This document shows, in pieces, positions 51,261 to 64,000 of a stretch of 64,000 bases of DNA; position 1 is the first letter of the stretch, and each line of letters starts with the position of its first letter. The stretch comes from Tubiluchus corallicola (Eukaryota > Animalia > Priapulida), in NCBI GenBank assembly GCA_030141605.1, contig JAQGDQ010000612.1, positions 62,001 to 126,000 on the forward strand, in the 5' to 3' direction. A program made the translations under genes and the position numbers. A model generated the notes under the pieces. That model was not told the origin of the DNA. It made no database searches and saw only the letters and a list, made by a program, of their open reading frames with translations.

Positions 51261-53056
51261 TAGACTTTGTAACCTAACGACGCAGCACCCTCTACACTCC
51301 AAAACTTCAACTTCAACCACTCTCACCAATTTTGAGCACCTTTATCATCATCGTTATTTTTAATGTATTACTACTTACATTAAAAATGCCACCAATTTGT
51401 TCTTTGATAAAAAAACATTATATCTGATGCATTTACAAAATTGTTTTGTAGTTTATTGATAACAACAAATAAACAAACCATGTAAACACACATACATCTT
51501 ACTTTACAAACCCGAAATATAGTTCATTGGAAAATCCTAATTATTAATAAAATTCAACGATCAAAATTATTCAAATTATAACAGGAAACTAACCACACCA
51601 GTTATATTTCAAGCTATACAACTATACAGCACCTTAACAGTGATTATTTTAGTATTTTACATACAGTAAATACATTACAATAGAGCAAGGCAACTTGAGA
51701 AAATGCCAGTTATTATTAGTTAGCAATGAAATATTTTCTACAAAGCTAAAGTTAATAAAAAAATATAAAGCCGATAATGGAATCTGCTATACAAGGCCAT
51801 CATATATGTTCTGCAAGCCGATGTCTAACTTTTGTGTATACCGAGTTTTCTATTCAGAATTTTCTCTGACAACACCGTCACATTTCTACAGTGAAATTTT
51901 GGCAAATGAATAATGCACAAAATATAACTAAAGAATGATTTAAAAACCCTGGCAAATAAAAGACAATTTTTATATAGTCACAAATCATTAATCGTTTCTT
52001 CCATTATCATTTTGATTCAAAAATCTGTTAACTTGTTCGAAAATTTGTGCTACCATAAATTCTAAAAAATTGTGCTAGATGTAATGCTCTTGATCCTAGA
52101 AGTTGAAACAAGTTTATATATGTGCCCATGATCAGCTGAGCAGTATCACTAGTATTAATATTTTTATAAAAATTATCATAAGCTGTTATTGATCATCGCT
52201 GTACTAAATGCTAAACCACAAATGAATATTTTAAAGATGCTACATACTGTATAAGGTAATATCAAATTCCTCGAACACATGTAACAAACACACAGCTGAG
52301 TATTTACAGCCAGGCACAAACCACGAATGATGATAATAAACTCGCGTGATTGTATCTCATCGTTCTAAACTCTTACTTAATGAACTGTAATGAAGAGCAA
52401 ATTGTTTGTTCACAACAATGTTTTTACAAATGTAACAGGAAACAAAATCATGGCATATGTACAAATGATTACATACTACATGCTATGTACATAGCTGATT
52501 GTAGAAATTTCAGAATTTATAACAATATAGCTCAAGAATAATGAGTTTTACAGTTTATTGACAAGGCTAAAATCAGGTGTTGGAAGAAGGAAATTAAGGC
52601 ATTAGAAGAAAAAGGGCCAATTTCCATTTAGTACCAAACCTTGATATGTGATGAAAATTCGTTCACAAGACACACACCGTGTACAAAGTATATAAATGCT
52701 CCAGAATTTAATTGCTGTTCATGTTAAAATTGGTCAGTCAAGAATCAGCATTTGAAAAATCAGTCTGCCATTAATAAGGCTAATTAATCTTCAAGCAAAA
52801 TCGATTTACAATGTTGATTGTTTTGGCACAAAAGGTCTGGCAAGATCTTGATTATCTGAATGTGTTTACCCTGTTTCTTAGACCTGATTGTACATTTGTA
52901 AAGCATGATATCTTCATTACTAGTCATATTCAAAAAACACCAACCATTATTATGACAGTTGAAATAATCTCACTGTGTGAAGCTAAGCAGCATCCTATAG
53001 TTTAATATAATACACCTTGATATGTAGAAAAAATTAGACACAAACATCCGCTACGG

Positions 53057-56000
53057 TCATGAAGATGGGCTGTTTGGCCCACGAGACTCAGACGGGGTGA
53101 TGGAAAACCTCTTTCCACTCGGTCCCATGACCGTTCCCTCTTCGTTTCCACTGGAGTTGATGGAATCCAGCGTTTCCGATTCTGACATGAGTTCCGGAGA
53201 TGGGGAGGAAGCGGGCACAGGCTTCGAAGATATGAAGCTGGATGGCGCTTCTGCCTGGTTTTCTGGATTACTAGTGCCTTCTATAGCCTTCCGCACCTGC
53301 CACACACAAAAAATCAATAACTAAATACTGAGAAACATGCACTTTCAGAGGTTTGCTTCACTAAATTATACAAGATGTGAGAAATTTCTATATAATGTGG
53401 AAAAGTAATCATTTGTCACTAACATGCCTTCTGTACAAAAAAAAACACAACAAAATGTAAGTTTTACATAATTTAATTCAATTCAATTTTATTTCAGCAT
53501 TAAAATTGCCATACCAATGCACTACAAAAGATGAAAAACCACACAAACACACAAAATACTAACTCTACTAATTACATGCAGCAACAAAAAATATTAAAAT
53601 CTACCCACACCAAATAAGGATGCCCACAAAACAAAAAAAACATCAGCAAAACACGTACATGAATGGAAGGTACCTTCTATTCATATTTTAAAACAAAATA
53701 GATACAAATGTTAGACAAGAAAAATGTTTATTTTTTCATTAACTGTACGGAAGCCAGACGTTGTCACAGCTATGGTCTTAATGTGTTGGTGGAATCAAAA
53801 TGTTACATAAATTGTTGTAAATTTTTATGTGATGGATAGATATAGAATAAGTTTGAGACAGCGAAAAGGACATAATTCAAATAAAATAAATATGTCTCAA
53901 AAAATAAACAATCACAAACCTCTTTGAGCGAACAGACTCCAACCAGTCGACCAATGGCTGTGACGTAAGCCAACTGTAACCCCAGCAGTGAAAATAACGA
54001 ATGAACCTGAAATCAACAATAATACTACTCACTGCACAACTACTGAAAAGCTTAATAGAAACCTGCGAAAGTTTATCACAGAGACTAATTACAATAATAA
54101 TTTATTTTAGTGCCACTTACAGAAGCTGGTAAAATTGATGAAAGTGATGAAAAAATTAAAATCGTATAGATAAAAATGATAAATATGATCACAAACATAC
54201 CTAAAAGCAATCTTTAATAAGCCTTTTCGCAGCTTTGTTATGCGCACGCGCAGTTGCTGTAGGTCAAAGCTTAAGTGTATCACAGCAACAAGTCTTAACT
54301 ACAACAGTCACTTGACGTGTGGGTAAAGCAAAGCCGTCTGTTGAACCAGTTCAGTAATGTCAGCTGTTTTACACAGACTTTACTTATGCATTAGTCCGTG
54401 CATAGAGTGATTTACTAGCAGAATCTTGCTTGCGAACAAGAAAAAATGAATTAGGTAAGGTGCTAGATGGCTGCTAAATCATGTTAAAACTATTACTATT
54501 AGAAAATGAAGGTGCTGAGAGGCATTGTCAAGTGTACACAAATGCTGCCTGGTACACTTAACCTTTGACCTTTTTACGATCACCATCAATCACTGGAACA
54601 GTGAAAAGGCTTATTACAAGGATGACAGTTATGGCACAAAAACAATGGAGACTAAGACAAAAATGAACAGTTTTTCTCATTGATTGAGTTACTGAATGCT
54701 CAAGAGTTACAACTATACACTCATATCTCAGTTTGTCGGACCTTGCTTTTACTGATATCGGAAATTTCGGACAAAATCTGGTCCATTAAAAAGTCCTGCA
54801 TACTACAGACACAGTCCGATATTTCGTAAGTCGACCGCTAGTTGGCGGGCCTTCACTGTACATCCTGGAATACCCTGTATAACCTGTATATCCTTACATC
54901 CAAGCAGCATGTAACGACATGTATGTAGCTTGTATGCCAGCATATTTAGTGGTTTAATCAGCGTGTGTAAGTGGTTTAGAATCAATTATGCAGAATTATT
55001 TGAGTCAATTGTCCACAGTTTTTATATAGTTTTGCATAGGAGTGGCCCGTACTAGACATTTTGACAATTAGGCAATTGATTCTACACTACCGTGAGCCCA
55101 CTATATTAGCTTACAATCGGTAAATACGGACAATCACCAAATTCGGACCGACGTCTCCCCAGTCATGTCCGACAAACCGAGATATGAGTGTATAATGTAT
55201 TTTTACATAGTTTGCAATTTTGTTTCTTAGCTCTAGTGTATTTTCTGACTGATAATGAAGCCGGGCATCTTTAAAAATATTCATATATAAGGTATGAGTT
55301 TTTTGTTGCTGGTCATTGTGAAATTACATTTCCCAACTAAGAAGTTTGCACGAGAATCGACAAAAGCGCAAACAAATTAAAGCCATCTGAACTAAAAATG
55401 CAAGCAAGCAAAAAGGAAAGCACTGACCTTGTACAAGGAGGTCCGCTCCACGAGTTGGAAGGGGGCGGGGTCGATGTGGCACAAGGAAAAATCAAGCACC
55501 ATCCGCAGTTGTTCCTCCTCCCACTGCTTTTGCTGAAAGACATGAGAAATTAATCACCTTAATGATATGACACTTAATGATATCAGCATCAATGTCTCGA
55601 AGAGTCGTACAGCTAAGATCCTTCTGCTAGTACAGTGGTTCCCAAACTTTCTCGGAACGTTACCCAAATCGGGAAACCCGGTCGTGTCCATTACCCCCCA
55701 CCTAGTACTACTTCTCCAACTTAAAAAGTAAACACACGTATATGCCACAAGCAAGCAAAATTATTTATGTTTGCTCGTGACATAAATAAATTTTCAGGTA
55801 TTGTTGTTGTATTGTTGCCAAAACAACAGATAGTAATAGGGGCCTAGCTTTCTTTAAACTCTAAAGGCTGTGCAGAAATGTCGATAGAGAAGAAACCAAA
55901 GAAACAATCGTGAACTTTGACTTCTCCCCAGGATCGCATCAGAGATCGTGGGAACGTGCGAATGATGGACCCCATGACACAGTGTTGCCTGCTGGAGGCA

Positions 56001-59000
56001 GTCTCTTCAAGAAGAAAACTATGTAAAATGCATTCCGAGCGAAGTTTTAAAAATTTTCAGAGGGGTGCCCGTTACCCCCCAAAAAAACCCATATTACCCC
56101 CGGGGGGTAATTTACCCCTACTTTGGGAACCACTGTGCTAGTACAACCCTATCACCCGTAGCACACAGTATTAACATTCTATTCAGTTTACTATGCATGA
56201 GTTGAAGCCACTGTTTCATGTATTCTAAGTCTAGGGATTCATCGAGAAACAGAAACGTAACAAACAAAAGTTTTTAGTATTCTGATCGTCATTTATGATA
56301 TATATATGAATTCTATGGCTTGACATGTCAGCACTATTTATATGTGTGCTTGCATAGTCAATAAGTCGGCTATTAAGCTTTTCTAGCTATTCACATACCC
56401 TGAATCTCCATTTCATGAAAATAATTTTGATACCAAGTTCATCTCTCTATGTTATTTCTATGCTGAAATTATCCACGTTGAATTTGAAGTGCACGCTATG
56501 CAGTGAAAAACATAATCTTGAGAAAATCGCTTTTAAAATTAGCCATTGTTTTTTTGTCGCGTCTCTACAAAACACTTAGCAACTGTATGAAAGTGTGGTT
56601 GCTATGGACTTTACAAGAGCACATTGAAGTTATGTTTAAATCCAGTTTATGGTTCTTCCTGATGAAGATTTGCGCTTGTGAACAGAAAAAACCTGAAGCA
56701 AAATGACTGCTTCAACGAGCTACTATCGGAGTTTGAAAATACAAGTTTTTTGCAATCGCGGTACTAGTTTCTAGGCAGAGAAATGGGTTCAGATTATAAA
56801 ATTATATTTTTAGTATTTGAACATTTTCTTGAAAATTTGATGCTAGAATATAAAAGTCCAATATATTTAGCATTTGTTTTCATGAAAAATAAAAAACTAA
56901 CATTTGACCAAAAATTTTGGTGTATTCTACTTTGAAGCATCGTAACGTAGTTTTAACTATGCCAACTTATGGACGGTTTTGGTTTGCAAGCATACATATA
57001 GTGAATTACAACTATTTAAATCTGGTATTCAATCTTATTAAGAAAAATTAATAATAAGCATCCAATAAGCATAAAATGATCAGAAAAAGACAGGATGACA
57101 ACACAACTAGTGAGCAGCTTATGAATATATGGAGCACAGTGTGGTACAGTCAAACCTCATTATAATGGCATGGTCTGGGACACCACCAAACATGGCTCTA
57201 TAGTTGGGTTGGCGGTAAGACGAGGTTCATCAAATATCAAAGCCATTCTACTGTGCAACCTTGATCTTGTTTCCTAGTTAACTTTAATATGTGACAAATA
57301 GTATAATATTATTATACCTACAACAATACATGTCTTATACTGTACATTTTTGCTGCATTAACAATACACATGTAGTTCTATGGTGGTATCTTGCAAAACT
57401 TTTACATAAGTCAACATGGAGAAGCAATCTTGTGAAATACTGGTTAATTAGCCTGCTCACACACCCAACGTAACATTACTGGATGATTAAGACCATAAAT
57501 AGCCGCCACATATAACTTGACCTTGAGTTAATAGCCGTTAAATTCACATCAGTTCAGTACTGAACCATACGCTATGAACCTCATGTAGTCTAAAATGCTC
57601 TTTGTTCAAAACCCAGCATTCACTTTCATACAGTCACTTGCAACAAGACCTAAATTCACATCAGTTCAGTACTGAACCATACGCTATGAACCTCATGTAG
57701 TCTAAAATGCTCTTTGTTCAAAACCCAGCATTCACTTTCATACAGTCACTTGCAACAAGACCTAAATTCACATCAGTTCAGTACTGAACCATATGCTATG
57801 AACCTCATGTAGTCTAAAATGCTCTTTGTTCAAAACCCAGCATTCACTTTCATACAGTCACTTGCAACAAGACCTAAATTCACATCAGTTCAGTACTGAA
57901 CCATACGCTATGAACCTCATGTAGTCTAAAATGCTCTTTGTTCAAAACCCAGCATTCACTTTCATACAGTCACTTGCAACAAGACCTAAATTCACATTAG
58001 TTCAGTACTGAACCATACGCTATGAACCTCATGTAGTCTAAAATGCTCTTTGTTCAAAACCTCATCATTCATTTTCATACAGTCACTTGCAACAAGATCT
58101 AAATCTTAACTGAAACACCATAAAAAGTTTTTCTGCTCAGTGGTCACTGTTTTTCACAAGTGACCGCATGTTTTTCCAACACAATGGCTGTTTTTCAGCA
58201 ACAATTCATTGTACTTTATCTTGGCTGGCTTTCTAACGGGGTAAATTTATTATGTACAACAGACTTTTGGCGCAGCAGATACGTTGGCAGATTGCAGTAG
58301 GCAAGGTTGGCGGTACTTGCTATCGGCTTTATTGCAAGACTGGCGTTATAACGGGGGGTATAACGATATTCGACTGTACTTAAAAGAAAGCAGGCCAAAT
58401 TTTCACACCATACCGTATGGTCCTCTGACTTAAGAAAAAAAATAATCAATAAAATACTATTGAATTAAACTGTATCAGTAAAAACTATCAACCTACCTCC
58501 TCTTCCGGTAAATCAATAACTCTTAGGACGTCTTCGGGCTGTAAAAAACATTTAGTTAAATTAACATATAGTTAACTTTTATATTTACACTCACGAAGAC
58601 AAAATTTAACAGCACAAGTTAGAAAAATAGCTCTATAAACTGTGATTCATGTCAGAAATTGCTGCCTAGTAAGTAAAGTATTCTATGCCAAGCAAGGTGC
58701 TTGGCCTAGTAGTTGTGATGTCTTGTTCGGCTGCCATTGTTCAGACTGCTACCGAGGCTGGTCAGTGACTGGATGAGTGACCCACTACGATTCTCATTCG
58801 TCACGTTGATTTCGGCTGTTTGCTTCATAGAGAACATGGAAGGAAGACTCCAGTTTAAAGTCAGATAATCTTGAAAGAATGTTTTGTGTGCTTCAAAGTT
58901 GTTTCCAAGAAAAAGCAATGCTACCGATAATTTTTTATGCGAAGCAAAACCAGTGGTTATTCAGGTGAAGATTGTATAATTGAAAAATGAAAATGTTAAT

Positions 59001-62000
59001 TTAGGTTAAAAAACAATTGAAATGTTAATTTAGGTTAAAAAAACAATTTATGACTAGTTCACAGCTCATGTGAGGTACCACGAAGGTATCTCTTAATGCG
59101 AAGCATGTGAGCTTGTAGTTGTTAAGGAAGCAATTTTGGTAGAGGATTCCAAAGATAAGAAGCCCGATAAAAACTAGATTCATAATTAATTTATTACTTC
59201 AATATTACCCACCAATGTCACACGTCTGTCAGATGATGAGGACTGGAATGTGTCGTGTTCCGTTCTGTACGTGTCGTAAACAGAGTCAAGGTCGTCGGAT
59301 GCCGCCATGTCTTTCATCTCTTCCGCTTTCGATTTCTTGAGAATTGACCTCGGTTCTCTGAACATCTGCCCGAGAAACAAGCACACAAATCAAACTAGAA
59401 GACGTAAACTTGCCGAATCAGATGATACGTTTTTCAACAGATTATAACTGAAGTTTGTGTAAAAGTGGCCGGCCTGGAATTTAATTCGTAACCTTCCTCG
59501 TTCCATAAGTTTTCGTACAGTGACTGAGCATGAATAACAGGGAAAGCTTAAATGTGTAAAAAAATATATTGATGAAGCAAATGATTTTGTTTAAAGCATT
59601 AAAAGGCAAGTTTGTTTTTCAAACAGGTAAAAACGCCGCAAACAAAATGAGGATCAGTCAGTTTCTAATGATCGATTTCACAAACGATGCGTTTGCTAAA
59701 AAATTGCTGACCATAATATTGCTTGGAAAAGATGGCATACCAGTCATTTGCTTTTCAGTTTTTGTTGAAATTCCAACAGCTGTTTGTTTAAAAGGTAAAC
59801 AAACACTTATGAAAAAACAAACAATTAAAACACAAGAAAAATGTATGAATACTTGGTGATTTTTTTCATTGTTTTTGGAAAGGAAGTGCATAGTTAACAG
59901 CATAAAAACAGCAAAACAGACAATACATTCAGGAATGTAGAGAAATATTTCTTTAAACTAGAGCAAGGTGTAGCCAACAGCTTTGTTTCAACATAACGTA
60001 TGTATTTATAAATTGCTCTTTCGATATTTTTCCAAAGGCGCTACACAATTAAAAATAACACAAACCGGTAATAAAATTACATTGAGCCTATTATGCAATA
60101 ACTAGCACACAAATATGACAATGGAAAAGAAAATATGACTATAACATGCTTTTATGAACAATAAACAGAAACGCTGAAGCGTTAAAAGTGCATAAAATAA
60201 AACAGACCTCTTGCTGTATCGGGAACGGGTCGCTCGGGTCGTGAATGCTTTGTGCTCTCGTAACCTACCATGTAAACAATTCAGCACAGTGAACAATCAT
60301 GCAACAATGACATGCACATTCTGATGTAACAATGCCGCAAAACAATGACAGCAAATGAATGAGTTTTTATAGCTAAACCTACAGCATGCAAATGGATCAG
60401 TTCTTAAAGCAGTGTACTAAATTAATGTAAGGTACGACAACTAGGTACTGAAATCTGCTACGTTGCTGTAACTACGTTATTGCATTTCGCACTGAAGCAT
60501 ATGTCCAGCGCTCAAAGATGGCAGGTTTAATAATAAGTTTTTATATAAAAAATAAAACACATATCTTACAAAAAAATATGGAGTAATACTAAAGGCAGGC
60601 TGTTATCAACGTTCAACGTAAATGATTTTTTCATACTAAAACTACACTAAAGCTAAACATATATTTGTGTATAACATTTGACGTAAACTAAATAATGCAG
60701 CAGAATGGGTAAATCCCGAGATATCTTGTGCAAAGTTTAACAATATGTGCCTTCAGTTTGACAACATTCATCTTTCTCTGGTTTGTAAAGTACACAAGAG
60801 CTGAATAAGTGCAAAAAATAAATAAATAAATATCTGCTAACAGAGAAAAGAAATGCCAATAAAAGTGTGCAACTAGGCGCAGTATAACTACAGATAGTCG
60901 TCGACTTACGACCACAATACATTCCGGAGGATTGGTCATGAAAGAACTGGACACAACTCGGACCTAAACGGTCATGAATGAACTGGACACAACTCGGACC
61001 TAAACGGTCATGAAACAATTGGACACAAGTCTGACCTAAATGGTCATGAAAGAACTGGACACAAGTCGCACCTAAACGGTCGGTCATGAAACAATTGGAC
61101 ACAAGTCGGACCTAAACGGTCATGAAGCAATTGGACACAAGTCGGACGTAAAAGTGATGAAACAATTGGACACAAGTCGGACCTAAACGTTCATGAAACA
61201 ATTGGACAGAAGTTGGACCTAAATGTTCATGAAATAATTGGACACAAGGACCTAAATGTTCAACGTATATTAGAGCGTGTGCCCTTATAAGCAAGACGTG
61301 CACTAAGTATGACTGAGCCTATGACGAATTTGTCTACGATGAAAAAGATTTAAAGTTAATTTGTTTAAGAAATAGAAGGAAGTACGAGGCATACTTGGTT
61401 TTGAATAATTAACCAATTAATTTTCGGTCGGGTCGTAAAGTCGAACAGACGCATAGGTCGTAAGAGTAGACGACTACATGTATTATATAATATGGTTGGA
61501 AATCTTTGAGCCGCCTTTTACCGAACATTAATCTGACACTTTAAACAACAGATAACCTAATAAAGCAAATTGTGGTTTAGATTTTAAATGGCTACTTAGC
61601 AGATATTAATTTGCTTATATGGATGAAATAAAAGAAGACAATGAAAACTAGACTAACACAGTATTTGAACCCGAGACTCTTGACACACTAGAACTGTACT
61701 TTAAGCCTGTTCAGAAATATCTTTTTTTACATGGAACCACTCGGTTCACCTGTCTCAAAGCTGCAATTAACCATTTGACAACGATACACGTTTGGTTTAC
61801 TTTTGACCCATCAGTAAATTAAACATCAATAATTACATTAACTACAATATCACTTTACCTTAAACCGAGAGACTTCCTTTGTTTTTGGGGAAGACGGTGG
61901 CAAATCAATTATCTCCACATCGGGTCTCTTCTCGATCGGCTGCAGGCGTCGTTCCTTCCCCAAGTGTCGGGCGTAGATGTACTCCAACTCGCTGCGCTGG

Positions 62001-63939
62001 ATAGAACCGAGCAGAATCATTGAGTCTAAAATAATGAGAAGAAAGTTGAAATAAAAAGTATGAAAGAAAAGAACACCATGCTAGCAATATCATACAGGTG
62101 AAAACTGTAACATAGTTCTGGAGTTTTTTGCTAAATGCCGCTAATAAAAAATTATAGTTTGCTTATTGTATTTACTTTATTGATTACATTCAAACGTGTG
62201 ATTAAAATAGAATAATAGAATAATACGCTGCTCCTATAAAACAAAAAATAAAGCACAAAATTAAAAATAGACTAAAATCGATTACGTCCGATTAAAAAAT
62301 TCTCTTTAAAATGTAACCAACTTAAATTTGAAGGCAATTAATAAAAACTGTGCTGAAGTCAAGAAGCAAAAATTGAAAAATAAGACAATCTTGCGACAAC
62401 ATGGCATATTTACTTATCCTTTACTACGGCACAAGTATTGATTTGTACCTTCATCGTCGACTAATGGAAAGGAACGCAAAACCGTCGTGTAGAGTAAATC
62501 CTTCACTTGCTTATACGTCGTTTTCAGCGTCACGTATTTGACTTTTTTTACCATTATGTCTTCTACATTTACATCATAGGCGCGACTGAAAAATAAAAAA
62601 ATGATTACAAAATTAAATGTTTCTCGAATAAGTGTGTAGTAACAACAGCCAAACACAACAACAGATTAAGAAAATAGTGACAATGACTAAAAAAAATCTC
62701 ACAATTAAAAAACAAGCAAAAAGAAGGAAAAGGCACAAATTCTCGAACTGCCATTGTAGTTCTTCAGGTGAACATAAAAAAGCAAAAAAGAGAAAAGAAA
62801 TTACTAGAACTACTGAACTAATTTTTGAGAGATTTTTGTTTATGTTAATAACACATAAAAAGGATATTGCACTGAACAGAACACAATTACACAGACAAGG
62901 GCGTATCAAGACTTTACAATGCCCTGGGCTGATAGTTCTGTCCCGCCCAAATCTGTTGTGAATTTATGGTTGCTTATGTAATGAACAGATTAAACAATTA
63001 CTTGTGGTGTATTAGATACACTATTAACCTAGTTTCTACATGGTCATTATTAATTACATGTATTTGTATAGTGCTTATATTCAAGAACACTGCTTGTTGT
63101 ATAATATCTTGCACCTGCTTGTTATGTCGCACTTATATAAAAGTTCCTCTCAGTAACTGCCTGTAGTGTGTTATAAAATCTCCCCTTTACATGAATATGA
63201 AAGCATAAGCATTTTCCGAGGAGAATAAGAGTTTTTCCTAAAATGTGACGCCCTCAAATTTTGGTACCCTAGGCCTTGTTAGCCTATTGGTTAATACGCC
63301 CCTGTACATTGAATCACATAGTTAAAACACAGAAGCACAGCAGATAAAAACACAAGGCAGAAACACGGAAATATAAAATCCCTGTCCACAGTCGTAGAAC
63401 AGAGTGGGACACAACAGAATTAAAATGCCCCTGCCAGACTTTTTTAAACCTAAAGACAAACATTACTTTTTCCTGCTGTTATTTACAGAAAAAAAATTAA
63501 GGGGGTAGTTTGGCACTCTTACTTAATGTAGATTAGTTACGGACTATGGACTATATCACTTGTGGAAGGACTGGAACTATCTGATTACCAATAATGAACT
63601 GGAAAAGCTCTCTCAGTAATGTTCAGATGTGAATACGTGTACTTATGCTACTCCAAGAAGTAAATTACCAGGAACAGCATGGTAGATAAAACTAACAGGA
63701 ACAGGGACATCCATCCATCCACTGATCAGTCAGGACACTGTTTAACTTCTGTTGCTGAGCACACACAGTAATCATTTGGCTGTTCACTTCAACCAGACTA
63801 AGTGTTATTTATGAAAAGCTTACCTTTTCTTTGTAGAGATAATATCAGGTAAAAATGGTAGCCGCTTCACACGAATTATGCTGTCATAAAAAGAAGGTTG
63901 CAGAAGGTTTGCCACGGCGTTCGATATCAAAACTGCTAC
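53057..63939 (-). CDS. CLCN2: CLC-family voltage-gated chloride channel, ClC-2/ClC-a-like (3' part; the 5' exons lie beyond the window)
   Basis: Exons 63939-63824 ([32 protein letters not shown]), 62585-62449 (CBS1: [18 protein letters not shown]), 62025-61859 ([13 protein letters not shown]), 60264-60208 (putative), 59365-59213, 58538-58497, 55532-55428 ([16 protein letters not shown]), 54006-53920 ([24 protein letters not shown]) and 53296-53057 (VRKAIEG...stop). The splice phases are consistent. Confidence 0.93.
54718..55190. mobile_element. TA-flanked MITE
   Basis: TIRs cactcatatctcagtttgtcggac / gtccgacaaaccgagatatgagtg, with TA on both sides. Confidence 0.85.
55633..56135. mobile_element. 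hAT-type MITE
   Basis: TIRs cagtggttcccaaa / tttgggaaccactg; perfect 8-bp TSD tgctagta. Confidence 0.92.
57147..58376. mobile_element. Putative Tigger-like element enclosing a tandem array
   Basis: Degenerate TIRs ta-cagtcaaacctcattataa / tataacgatattcgactg-ta. Confidence 0.45.
57541..58103. repeat. Tandem repeat, 112-bp unit x5
   Basis: Units start at 57541, 57653, 57765, 57877 and 57989; each carries the palindrome gttcagtactgaac. Confidence 0.95.
60934..61260. repeat. Tandem repeat, about 36-bp unit x9
   Basis: ggtcatgaaacaattggacacaagtcggacctaaac is repeated head to tail. Confidence 0.9.
62896..63304 (-). mobile_element. hAT-type MITE, same family as 29627-30048
   Basis: caagggcgtatcaa ... 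ttaatacgcccctg; reverse-complement homology to the 29.6-30.0 kb copy. Confidence 0.7.
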
Positions 63940-64000
63940 CTGTGAACAGTAAAAAACACATCACAACATCAACATCGTAGTGAAAAAAATGAACGAAATA

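Noticed and set aside
60934-61260. CRISPR-like 36-bp repeats
   Set aside because: The units are head-to-tail with no unique spacers, there are no cas genes, and the context is a eukaryotic intron.
62733-62775. Minus-strand cac-CTGAAGAACT...AGTTCGAGAATTT-gtg hammerhead-like relic
   Set aside because: The core is altered in both conserved boxes; too degenerate to call.

Overview
AT-rich, intron-rich invertebrate animal genomic DNA with GT-AG introns; no prokaryotic features. I can support four recognisable genes plus one orphan ORF: (1) a complete 31-coding-exon PDS5 cohesin-associated gene (+, 1069-32971); (2) a solitary, intronless stem-loop histone H1 gene (+, 39365-39931); (3) a 442-aa orphan ORF (+, 44855-46183) with LC8-type TQT/IQC motifs; (4) RPL31 (-, 46324-50200, with a TOP/TCT first exon near 51204-51234), tail-to-tail with the orphan; (5) the 3' part of a ClC-2-like chloride channel (-, 53057-63939, continuing past the window). 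Introns contain many hAT, Tc1/mariner-type and TTAA-type MITEs and many local tandem duplications. Most notable: a twister-ribozyme core at the exact 5' end of an internally deleted RTE retroelement in PDS5 intron 14, an apparently intact minimal Penelope-type hammerhead at 308-351 with several decayed relatives, a four-fold tandem copy of most of PDS5 exon 22 plus its donor, and inverted MITE copies flanking PDS5 exons 16-17. All coordinates were read by eye, so repeat ends may be off by a few bases.
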